A DNA stretch of 62,781 bases, counting the filler. It is 12 parts of 12 records of this genome, joined end to end, with 100 filler letters (N's around TTAATTAATTAA, not from the genome) between each part and the next. Parts side by side here need not be neighbours in the genome. Positions count along the whole stretch, not along the records: positions 10,925 to 14,430 come from SRR7504441_4752; positions 14,531 to 19,595 come from SRR7504441_4754; positions 19,696 to 23,931 come from SRR7504441_4755; 9 more parts are not named here. One strand, written 5' to 3'. Shown here piece by piece: positions 10,929 through 21,326 of the stretch. Every line of letters begins with the position of its first letter. The stretch's first letter is position 1. The translations under genes were made by a program, and so were the position numbers. The notes under the pieces were generated by a model. That model saw nothing but the letters and a program-made list of their open reading frames with translations, was not told where the DNA came from and ran no database searches.

Positions 10929-11936
10929 ATGATCTGCAGCGGCAGCTGGGCGGTGCTGCTGGGCGCGCTGGGCGCGCTGGGCGCGGTGCTGCCGTTTGAG
11001 GTGGTCGACACGCATGTACACCTGGCCCGGACGACCAACGGGATCCGCTACAGCTGGGCCCGCGACCCGGGCACGCTCAACCCGCCGGAGCAGTGCCCGT
11101 GCCGGCCGCCGTGTGCCTGCAACATGAGCATCCGCGAGTACCAGCGGGCCTCCGCCCAGTGGCAGGTGAGCCACATCGTGTTCTGCGAGGTGAGCGCTGA
11201 CCCGGCCGACTGGCTAAAGGAATCTCAGTGGGCCCAGTCACTCGCCGACTTACAGCAGAGCGCCCCGAGGATCGGTGCCATCATGGCCCAGCCGCCACCG
11301 GGTTTCGGCACCTCGCCGGTCTCCAATTTCTCCCGGGAGCTCGACGAGCTCCAGGCGACGGTGCCGTTGGCCCGCGGGGTGCGCACGACGCTGGCGGAGC
11401 ACACGCCGTACAAGCTGGCCGCCCTGGAGGAGCTTGGGCGGCGAGGGCTGGTGGTAGACTTCCTGAGCGACATCGTGACGGGCGTGCCGTACAGGATTAT
11501 TCGGGACACACCAGGTGTGATGTATCAGGTCGAGCACTTTGGGTGTGGATGCGATGTCGCCGCGCTCTACGCCAATCAGTCAGCTTACACCCAGTGGCAG
11601 GCCGCAATCAAGCAACTCGCGAGCTTGCCAAACGTCCAGGCGCTGCAGGTGGGCGGGACGATGGCCGGGTTTCAGCGCAAGGCGGCCGTTAATATCTCCG
11701 ACATCAGGCCGTTTGTACAGACGGTGGTGCAGGAGTTTGGGTTTGGTCGACTCGTATTCGAAGCGAACTGGTTCTTCTGCAATTTCATGCCCGATGGCCC
11801 GAACAAGGGGATGGACGGCTACGCGGCCTGGTCGGGCATACTCGTGCCTATGCTGACTGAGCTCGGGGCGACCCCAAAGGATCTAGAGAAGCTCTTCCGG
11901 ACAAACGCTATGCATGCGTATGGCATCAGGCCGTGA
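10929..11936 (+). CDS. Amidohydrolase_2 family (sugar-lactonase-like) protein with signal peptide
   Basis: VDTHVHL metal motif, VEHFG and FGFGRLVFEANW...NAMHAYG; hydrophobic N-terminus; intronless. Confidence 0.8.
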   Translation: MICSGSWAVLLGALGALGAVLPFEVVDTHVHLARTTNGIRYSWARDPGTLNPPEQCPCRPPCACNMSIREYQRASAQWQVSHIVFCEVSADPADWLKESQWAQSLADLQQSAPRIGAIMAQPPPGFGTSPVSNFSRELDELQATVPLARGVRTTLAEHTPYKLAALEELGRRGLVVDFLSDIVTGVPYRIIRDTPGVMYQVEHFGCGCDVAALYANQSAYTQWQAAIKQLASLPNVQALQVGGTMAGFQRKAAVNISDIRPFVQTVVQEFGFGRLVFEANWFFCNFMPDGPNKGMDGYAAWSGILVPMLTELGATPKDLEKLFRTNAMHAYGIRP

Positions 11937-12111
11937 TCTCTAGACGCGAATCTGATCTATCGCGTAAAGCAGCTAGTTACTATGGACCGAGGAAACTCAG
12001 GAAAGTCCATCGGTTACTCGTATGATTGTTATACACTGCCTTTTAATTAATCGGCTTACGGTGCCCCACACACAGCACAAACCCGTCGTCAAAGCGACAA
12101 CCTGCCTCAGG

Positions 12112-12994
12112 CTACTCGGTCTTCCCACGAGCTTGCTCTCGGCGCGCTGCGTGCACAATCTTTCGAAACCAAAAGCTGTTGATCCCGAGGTGCACGAGCG
12201 CCGCGCTGGAGAGCACCGCCAGTCCAATCAGCTGGAGCCCCGGCAGCTGCCAGAGCATCCCGCGCCGCCAGCCGCACTCGAGCCAGGCAAAGCCTATATG
12301 CAGCACCGTGGCCAGACAGGCGGCGATTCGAAACACTAGAAAGGAGCAGAGCAGCAACGCTCCGTTGATCACCTGCCAGCAGCTGCTCGGCCCGGGCCCC
12401 ATCGGCGGCTCACATAGGCCGTGGAGTGGGCTCGGCCCCGGTGCTTTAGTATAAACCGCAGGTTGATGAACGGAGTGGACAGCTCGTTTACTAGCAACCC
12501 GCCGAGGTAGAGCGTGGCCCACCCAGTGGCCTACCCCCGGCCGTCCGCGCCCGCCCGCCCGGTGGGTGGCACCAGCCCGGCCGAGTATGCGGCCAGGATG
12601 GTCACATGGTGCGCCAGCACGCTCTTATCCGGGAAGACAGACCAGTGGATCAGCACCAGCCCCAGATCGTAGCTCAGATAGCCCACCTGCCCCCTAATCG
12701 CCCCCCCGGCGGCACCCCGCGCACGAATAGCGTCATCAACCAGGCCCGCGGCTCCGACTGCCCGAACACCGCCACGCAGGGGTCGGCGAGAGCCCCGCTG
12801 GCCGCCGGGTCGAGCAGCAGGATGTGCGCCGCGCTGCAGCCCGAGACCAGGCACTGGAGGTTGCTCACCACCCGCGAGCTCCAGTCTATTCGAGCCGGCC
12901 GGGCCAGCCCCCGGTCGGCCCACCAGCCCAGCACCAGCCAGAACAGCGCCGTGTAGCACCCCGCCGTGCTGAGCACCCACACCAACTGCTGCAT
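12112..12994 (-). CDS. TLC (TRAM/LAG1/CLN8) domain membrane protein, multi-exon
   Basis: GYLSYDL, AHH, NELSTPFINLR, FLVFRI and INSFWFRKI motifs across exons. Confidence 0.85.
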
Positions 12995-13087
12995 CGCGCG
13001 CTGAGTTCCGTCAGGGGCGCGCCCTGACGTTGCCTCACCCCGACCGCCCGCCGATTCACCCAAAACGGCCGCGCGGCTGCCGCGGCC

Positions 13088-14209
13088 ATGACAGCTGGGG
13101 GGGCGGTGGAGCCGGATCCGGAGGAGGCGGTGCCTGTGCTCCGCCGTGCGGAGGAGCTGCCACCGCTGCCGCGGCCCAAGTGGGAAGTCATTCGGCAGGA
13201 GACCTTCCAAGGCTGCGCGGTTGTACTCGGGATCGTGGCCGCCTGCCTGCTTGGCGTCCACGGGCTGGCGCTCAGGATCCCCGGGATGTCAGACGAGCTC
13301 CGCTGGGGGTTCGCGGTGGCGATTGACCTGGAGGCGGCCATCGCGGTCGCACTGCTGGCCCGGCTGATGCTGGGTGACCCAGGCGTGATCGAACGCACTC
13401 CTGAGAACACGGCCCCGGTGCCGCCGGCGGTTGCTGACCGTCTGGCCGACCAGATCCCGGTGTCCGACTGGGGCTACATGAGCAACATCACCGACGGCGA
13501 CCGGAGCTACTGCGTCCGTTGCATGGTCTGGCGCGGGCCGGTGGAGCAGGGCTCGTCGGCCTGCTGGACCGCGGCCCATCCGTGCGGGGGCACCATGGGC
13601 ATGCACGCGGGCAGGCCGGCTCGGGCGCACCACTGCAGCACCTGCCAGCGGTGCGTGCGCGACTTTGACCACCACTGCGGTGTGCTGGGCCGGTGCATTG
13701 CCGGTCGCGGTCTCAGTGGGAACTTCTGGGTCTTTGTTTCGCTTATCACGATGGCGCACATCGGGTGGATAACTGCGCTCAGTGCGGTGGTGACCGCGTT
13801 CGCGTATCGGTATGGCGCCCTTCTGGGGTTTGGGATCGTAGGTGGAGCTGCAGCTGTGATGGTGCTCTGCAATTGCGTGGTGTTGTGTGCGATGAGGTCG
13901 ATGCACTGGCTCAACGGCCAAAAGCGGCTTCGAATGAGGGAGGCTGCGCGGCTGAGGATGCACGGCGCTGCAACCGATAGGCGGCCGAGCTACATTGAAG
14001 TGACCGAAGGCGAGGTGGAGGCGTTCAATCTGCGAGGGGACGGCGAGGCTCAGGATGATCTGGAGATAGGAGACGGCTCGTCGGATGATGCCGAGGTAGA
14101 GGCAGCGACGGCGCACACAGAGCCCACATGGCCCGGTGCAAGTGAACTCCATGCAAATCCGGAGAGCGAGCCCATGGTCGATTTGGCCATCGCATCGGAT
14201 GCGCTCTGA
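13088..14209 (+). CDS. DHHC protein S-acyltransferase
   Basis: DPG motif and RAHHCSTCQRCVRDFDHHCGVLGRCI, with four hydrophobic segments. Confidence 0.92.
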   Translation: MTAGGAVEPDPEEAVPVLRRAEELPPLPRPKWEVIRQETFQGCAVVLGIVAACLLGVHGLALRIPGMSDELRWGFAVAIDLEAAIAVALLARLMLGDPGVIERTPENTAPVPPAVADRLADQIPVSDWGYMSNITDGDRSYCVRCMVWRGPVEQGSSACWTAAHPCGGTMGMHAGRPARAHHCSTCQRCVRDFDHHCGVLGRCIAGRGLSGNFWVFVSLITMAHIGWITALSAVVTAFAYRYGALLGFGIVGGAAAVMVLCNCVVLCAMRSMHWLNGQKRLRMREAARLRMHGAATDRRPSYIEVTEGEVEAFNLRGDGEAQDDLEIGDGSSDDAEVEAATAHTEPTWPGASELHANPESEPMVDLAIASDAL

Positions 14210-14430
14210 GTGAGGTACTCTTGTTCGCAAACTGTCTCTTTCAACCTAAACAATGTAGCTTGGTTACCCATTGGATGTTGCGCTGTTCCTCGGCCGTGGA
14301 TTTTCAATTAAATTATTTATGCAAGACGAAAGACTTAGTCTTGTAGACCTGCGTTACTATTAATCCTAGTCTAAACCTCTTGAACAGACGTTCGAACATT
14401 AATCCTAGTACAAGTCATGTACACGTACCC

Positions 14431-14530
14431 NNNNNNNNNNNNNNNNNNNNNNNNNNNNNNNNNNNNNNNNNNNNTTAATTAATTAANNNNNNNNNNNNNN
14501 NNNNNNNNNNNNNNNNNNNNNNNNNNNNNN
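14431..14530. other. Artificial contig spacer
   Basis: N44-TTAATTAATTAA-N44. Confidence 0.98.
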
Positions 14531-14632
14531 CTCTGTGCCTCCTGCTGCTGCCTCTTGTGCTTCCTGCTGAGAGAGTAGGGGTTAGGGATCACGGTTGGGG
14601 TGTTGGGCTGAGCTGTGGTTCTGTGGTTTCAG

Positions 14633-16513
14633 GATCGCATGCCGGATGTGCTCAAGGTCTGGAGGCACAATACACACGTGCTCCAACTCTGGTTGCCAAT
14701 CCGAGTATAAGTATTTCCACCCTTGGTGCGCACTCCAAGTGGGCTGTCGGCCACTGCAACCTTTGGAGGACGCAGATAAGGTCAAGCAATATTGCCCAAT
14801 TTGCTGGGCAAGTGAGAAGCAACGGCATGCCGAGCAGATGGAGCGGCTGGCGGATCAGGCAGATCAATTTCTGACAGACAGCTGTGAGCAGAACAGTTCT
14901 CAGCTCTCGATTGGCAGCCAGAAGCTCTGGGCGAGCCACTCACTTGGGGTGAATCCAAGCGATTGGGGTGAACAATTGCCGGAGTTTGTGCTCTCTGAGC
15001 CGATCAGTTTGAGTCAGATAGCGCATATCGACTTGTGCGCCGGGGGTGCTGCAGGCTTTAGCAGGGCAGCCTCACGGGTTGGCGTGGAAACCAAGTTTTT
15101 TGCGGAGGTTGACGAAGAGTGCCGCGAAGTCTTTCAAGCTAGCTTTGGCGAAGCTAGAGCCCTGGGGGAAGATGCGGCTAGCAGGACTGTGACTGGCGAT
15201 ATCTTCGATATTCACCCCGATGACGATGGGCTAACAGAAGCTCTCCGTCACTCGTTCGGCTTGCTCACATGTGGATTTCCGGTGACTGAAATTAGTTGCA
15301 CATGTCATTGATAGTTGCTTTGCAGTGTCCGGACTTCTCTACAATGGGCATAGGGCAAGGTATAAACAATGTCAAACGAGGACAAGTCGTCTTTCGAGTG
15401 ATAAAATTAATGGACCACTTGAAGGTACCTGTGGCTGTCTTGGAAAATGTTACAGGTGTGCTGGCACTAGAAATGTTGCCTAATGCTTGAGGTTGTAGGT
15501 TTGCTGTACAGAGGTTACAACAAGGAGTCGGGTGACGGTAAAGTCTTGTCCAAGATCGTCGGACGCCTCAAGTCTGCAGGATATTTCAGCGAAGTTGTTT
15601 TGTTGAATTCAATGTGGATAGGTGACTTTTGCTAATTTGCTTGCTCTCATGCGCTTTTAACTTCAGGTGTACCACAAAATCGTCCAAGGGTTTACATTGT
15701 CTGCTTCAGGAGCCAAGAGTTTTGGCAAAAGTTTCGGCAAGAGCTTCGGCCAAATGGATTAATCGGCAGTTCGATGCGCTGCAAAACTGGGCGCAGCTTG
15801 GTCCGGATTCTGGAGGCGCCAGAGGCCATTGGCAAGAGGTATTATATCTCCAAGAAGAGTATGAACGCATGGACACGAGCGGAGTCAGAAGGTACCCACG
15901 CGCCTCATTAAGTGCTTATTGCTTTCAGGCAAGTATTCGCACACTGTCCACAGCCGGGGTAGCCAGCGGCCGGCTGGCTGCCTTCTGCATAGCTATGGAA
16001 GCAGAGGGTTTCAAGGTGCATATGTTTGCGAGGCGCCACAGGAGCGCGAGGAGCGAGGGCTCTTACAGCTTGCGCAATACAGCTCTTACAGCCACCCAGC
16101 AGACGATTCAATGTCATCGGTTCGGGCGCTGATAATTCGTGAGAGCTACAGGTGCTTCCGTAATCCATAAAAGCGCCTTGTGCTCTGAAGCTGCTGCAGG
16201 CTTCAGGGTTTCCGGCCACATGAACACATGGACACACGCGGCATTCTGTGCGACAAGAACTTTGAGTACAAGGCACTCGGGAACGCAGTGACGGTGCCAG
16301 TCGCAGAGGTGACAAGCCCTAACCCTGTAAGCTGAGTGACTAACTGATTGCTAGGTGTTATTGCAAGCTGTTCTAAAGAGTTGTGGTGTGGAGCTTGATA
16401 AAAACCTCAAGACGATGACCGACCTCGAGCAGGTGAGAAATAGTTATCACACACCGATGAAAATGATCCAAAAGGTTACAAAGGGAGATGTGCGATATAC
16501 GACTTTTGGATGA
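14633..16513 (+). CDS. PHD finger plus cytosine-5 DNA methyltransferase, multi-exon; 5' end missing
   Basis: C4HC3 finger (CRMC..CSNSGC..FHPWC..CPIC). C5-MTase motifs in order: I DLCAGGAAG, II AEVD, III GDI, IV GFP|CPDFS (intron 15282-15325), VI LENVTG, VIII VPQNRPRVYIV, IX RESYRLQGF, X YKALGNAVTVPV. Confidence 0.88.
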
Positions 16514-16734
16514 ATATAATAATAGCACGACCATAAATATACTACAAGTAGTTAATTACGCTCTTACAATAGTCTACCTCGTATTGACCACCTCAACTAT
16601 CAAGTACACGTCAAGACTAGTGTTAAACTTGTGTACAAGTACATGTATTCTGCATGCGCATTATGTAAACTACACAATGCCATTACCGGTTACAATCATG
16701 TATGATTAGAATGAAGCGCGCATTTTAACAAAGC

Positions 16735-19562
16735 TCATACACTTTCCATTAGCGCACGACAACGCGCATCACAGTATTCCTGGACAACGAATTCCGCCTT
16801 ATTCTTAAAGCTGCACCGTTCTGGCTTTGGGATGCCACATCGGTCGTAAGTGACTTCCAGCAACTTGGTGAATAACTCTACTCGCTGATCTGAATCATAA
16901 CCCCCTTCACAATTGGCTTGCATTCGCGTGGTCAGCTCGGCATTTATAATTCTGTCCTGAGATAGCGCTTCATTTTCATCCAGCCTCTCTTTCAAGTCAA
17001 CAATGAGCTTTTCGAGCTCCGAAAACTGTTGAAACGCCTGATACACTATCGCTGGCGAGACCTGGCTGCCGCTATCACTGCAGCCCACTTTTGAGCATGT
17101 TAACCAAGCATCGCTAGGTCTGATGCACGACACAAGCCTCAAGTCCCCACCAATCCCGCGAGTTTCTGCTTTGCGCTGCTTCTGTAGATTCTTGTAGCCA
17201 ACGATGATCAGCGCGGTCACTACCTTCACCGCGACTCCAACCAGTACAATCGTAATGAGGAGATGAAATGCGACACCCGCTAGTCCTGCAGATTCCATGG
17301 TGGCTGCCTTCAACTTCTGGGATCTGAACCCTAAGTACCACATCCATTCGAATGCTCGATCATAAGTCCGGAAGGCCTCCACTGAGCGAGCCAGAGACAC
17401 TCTGGCAAACAAAGCGAATCCAGCCATAACAATGATCAGAATGATGAACGAATGTGCAATCTTGCCCATCACATCGACCAAGAAGGTGGTCAAGGTGCCG
17501 AGCAATGGCTGAAAGTGGAGGTGCTGCAAAAGCCGGATGGCGCCAGTGAGATATAAGATGAGCTGGGCCAGATCGATGGTGAACCTGCAGATGGCATGTC
17601 CCGAGCCAGAAAAGGTCTGCAGGTTTGGGTAGACATTGGCATCATAGAGCTGCCATGAGAAGTCAAGGTCTGCTTGAGTAATCGTGTCATCGAAGTTCCA
17701 CGCAGTGTCTAGATTGCGAAGCCAGTCTATTTGCTGGAAATTGCTCCGAATTTGCCCGTCGAGGTTGCTCGATATACACAAAACAATAAAAATAACAATA
17801 AAAGCGCAGTGAAACGCTCCAACAAAGTGCGTCAAAAGTGGGTTCTCATAGACATGTTTGAGCTTGTATGCCTCAGACTCGCGGTCATCCACCACCCCGT
17901 CATTGTTCTTGTCCATCTTCTCCATCATGATATCGTTTGCTACCTTCTTCCATACTCGCGCATGCCTGAGCAGGTAGAGTCTCATCTCAGGGCCTCCAGC
18001 AGGGCAGATCTCATCGTTTTCGAAATTGAGGACAGATGTGTTGCTGATCTTGCGTGGCTGATGCAACAAGGTCTCTGACCAGCTGAACGGAAGAGGCCTG
18101 ACACGCCAAAGGCGGCCACGCCGATAATATAACCGAATCTCCCATACCCATCTCCCAAAGTATAGAATCCACAAGGGTATCAGAAGGCAGAATACAGCAA
18201 TGACGTCACCGGTGAAGGTCAGCCCAGAAAAGAATGCTTGTATTGAGTCGGCGTGTATCCGTTTAGGGCCGCGCGAAGGCCATAAGCTCACCGTGGAAAA
18301 CCGTCCTGCGCCGTGGTCTTCGACATGCAGCGCGACATAGGCGAGATTATTTTGGGAAGGGAAGTAGAGGTAGGTGTCCATCTCGACACTCAAAGTCCTG
18401 TTGGTTACCAATCCGTTGTTTTGCAGCGTCGTAACCAACTGTGTCAAGTTGTTCCTGTAGCGAACACAGATAGGTTTAGAACGTACAATCCAGAAGCAGA
18501 ATAGGACAGAGACACACACCTGGGGAGAGCCGCGCTGAGGAAAACCGAGTAACCATGATGACGCGAGTCCCAGGGCAGTATGAGTCCGTTCTCAAGCACC
18601 ATTGGGGCTGTAGAATCCTCACGGTCTAGATTGTAGCAGGTCTGCACGTGCTCCACTCCCGGATAGTCACAGGCTGCTGGTTGCTTGTTCTGTACCGTAA
18701 TTCTAATACCTCCAATCACAACGCCCGCTGCAAAGCTGTAGCCCCGTCGGATGACGCCACCCGTCGCGTCCTCTTTGGACCATTCTAGATCCATGATCAC
18801 CCCTCTGGAATCTCGGCTGCTGAAGAAAGTGCCAGAGAATAGTTCGGACCTGCACCCAGCAATGAGCCACATTGAAGCCGCAAATACGCACCAGAACGTA
18901 TCGATGCCATAATAAGTAAACTCGACTGGGCTGCAGCATCCAACCGGTCAGCACACCCAATCTAGCACTGGGAACTGACTCGAGGTTGCTAAGTGCCCGT
19001 GTTTGGTCTGCGAGCTGATCCGGGTCCATTACAATGAAGAAAGCTGCCCCGCAGGCTAGCAGCGAGGCCAGGGCAATTGGTACCACACATGAGAGCGTAT
19101 AGTACAGCAAACACCGAGGCGGAGACCAGCCCACGCTTGATGTTGTAATAATGGCGAAGCAATTCAAGAGCGTTCCCTAGGTGGAAGCTCCTGTCTGCTC
19201 TGATGTTCTTCAGGTCTGCTTTGGAAAAGCAGCAGCTACAGCTGGTTTGCCGGTCCTCCAGAGAGCCTCCGTACATCGGATCGAGCCCCCCGTTCATTCG
19301 GCTGCCTGACGGGCCTGGCTCCGGCCTCTCGTCCTCGACCACCACCAGGTCATCGTCGCTACTGTCGGCAACTGCGCACGCACACTCAATACCCTTGACG
19401 CAAAGCCAGCACACAGTATTGCGGTGTCATATCGTCCAGCTTTTGGGCCTTGTCGGAGGAATGGACCGGGTTCAGGTTGAGCTCGAGCTCCGGGTCCAGC
19501 TGCAGGACCACGTCCCCTTTCACCATGACGATCGGCCGGAGCGCACCAGATGCTGTCAGCAT
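16735..19562 (-). CDS. Polycystin-2/TRPP-like cation channel, multi-exon
   Basis: First TM, then a large extracellular TOP-like region (VIGGIRITV; LQNNGLVTNRTLSVEM..LYFP), further TMs (RLLQHLHFQPLLGTL; IIMAGFA; pore FRTYDRAF; S6 LIIVGY) and a C-terminal coiled coil. Confidence 0.7.
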
Positions 19563-19595
19563 GGATCGATCAGTCACTGGCAGGCTGGCGGAGGC

Positions 19596-19695
19596 NNNNN
19601 NNNNNNNNNNNNNNNNNNNNNNNNNNNNNNNNNNNNNNNTTAATTAATTAANNNNNNNNNNNNNNNNNNNNNNNNNNNNNNNNNNNNNNNNNNNN
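19596..19695. other. Artificial contig spacer
   Basis: N44-TTAATTAATTAA-N44. Confidence 0.98.
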
Positions 19696-19811
19696 GAGCA
19701 CCACAATAGGGTTGCTAGTACTTATTATAGCTCAAACGCCTCGGCCTCGGCGCTTAATTAATCTGTTGTAATTTAATTCTATACAGTACGTACTACGTAG
19801 CTCGGCGGTTG

Positions 19812-21246
19812 TTACACAAAGGAAAGGATGTGGGCGTCACCAATAGCATTCTCATCCGCATCCTCGCCGCCGTAAAGCACAACATAAGGCGGCAACAAGG
19901 CTAGTGTATGGCAGTATCGGGCCTTTGGCCAGTCCCCATCATCAAGTGTCGGCTCATCAAACGGGCCCAACCTCCGCCACGATGCCACCACATTCGAATT
20001 AAACAAATACACCTCGCCGTCCGGCGTGCACCCCGTTCGGAGTCCCAGCTCCTCCAGTGCCGCGGCGTCATCTGCAGAGCTCGCATTCACCACAGCGCTC
20101 CTTCCAGGTCCGCCTGCCAGAGCCGCTTTCACATCAATGGCCCAAAGCGCGTCTGTCTTCTCGTCCCAATCTCCAACGACTCCGCCGAAAACGAGCAGCT
20201 GCGGGCCCAAGGCTACCACCTGCTGATATGCAAGCGCTTCGGGCACAGCACCGGTGCTTCTAAGCGCGCTCCACCTCCATTCGTGCAAATCCAGGACTTC
20301 CAAGCACACTGGCGAGTAACACGTCGAACCAAACATGCCCTCGAATTGGTCCAACTCACCATCGGCGTACAAATAGCCGCCTAGAACGATCATTTGGTTC
20401 CCGGCTAGCGTAGCCGAGTGCGCGTGCCGAGGCATCGGGGTGATGCCTGTACAGTCTGGCCGCGCTGCGACCATCTCCTTGACATCCAAAACTGTCACGC
20501 GCGCATCCCACGGCTCGTCGGCCGCAGGTTTGCCCCCGAAGTAGACAACCCACCGGTCTCGGTACGCCACCGCAGTCTGCTCGTATCTGCCTGGCAGAAG
20601 GCACCCAGAGACTTCTGGGACTTCCCACTGAGAGGCTTCAGGGTCAAAGGAGACAAGAGGCTCCCCGTTGCACCCCCCGCTGAACCAGATCCGACCCGCA
20701 GCAGCCACCGCGGTCCCGCCCCAGTGGCCGATCTGTGCCCGCATCTCCTCCGGCACCGCCGCGACCGGCCGCGAGCTAGCGGCGCCCTCCAGGGCTGGCA
20801 GCGGTGTCAGATCGAATAGCCGGCCCATCTCGAGCGCTGCCGGCTCATACTGCACGCGCAGGCTCAGTACAGCTAGACCAGCCGCCCACCTCGGTGTACG
20901 AGTCGCCATGTATGGTGCCGCCCACCCCGCACCCAGCCCACACCCGGCCAGCCCAGTTGAAAGCGACGTGCCCCGACCGCGCCGGTGCATACACCGCCAT
21001 CCGCGTCCAACTCAGCTTGTCCAGCCGGCCCAGCCGCCGCAGCAGCAGCTTCCACCCGCACCGATGCACCCGCTCGGCCGCCCCAGCAAGCCCGCCGAGC
21101 AGCGCCTTGCACCGGCGCTCCCACTCGGCCGTGAGCGGATACAGCCGGGCGCAGCTCCGCTCCAGCCGGGCCAGCGACGCCAACGGCAGCTCGAAAGCGA
21201 TCGGCAGCGCGAATTCCTCCAAGGCGAGCGCCTCCGCGAGCGCCAT
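19812..21246 (-). CDS. Kelch-repeat protein with a possible N-terminal F-box
   Basis: Kelch units PARSGH, PGRYEQ..YFGG, PRHAHS..LGG, VFGG and KARYCH..YGG. The N-terminus LPIAFELPLASLARLERSC..W is F-box-like. One short intron. Confidence 0.75.
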
Positions 21247-21326
21247 GTGCTCGCTCCGAGACCGATTGACCGAGCTGCCTCTCGAATCCGTTACTCCGGC
21301 CGGGCAGTGCACACCAAAAGAGTACA

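Noticed and set aside
14576-14587. Telomere-like TTAGGG/CCCTAA words (also about 16317 and 35533)
   Set aside because: There are only one or two units each, with no array; the intronic ones overlap branch-point-like CTAAC.
14633-16513. Frameshifts or stops suggesting pseudogenes, recoding or an alternative genetic code
   Set aside because: Each break I checked (MTase, SNF1, helicase, PAN2, ALY) is resolved by a short GT/GC-AG intron, and TAA, TAG and TGA all serve as real stops.
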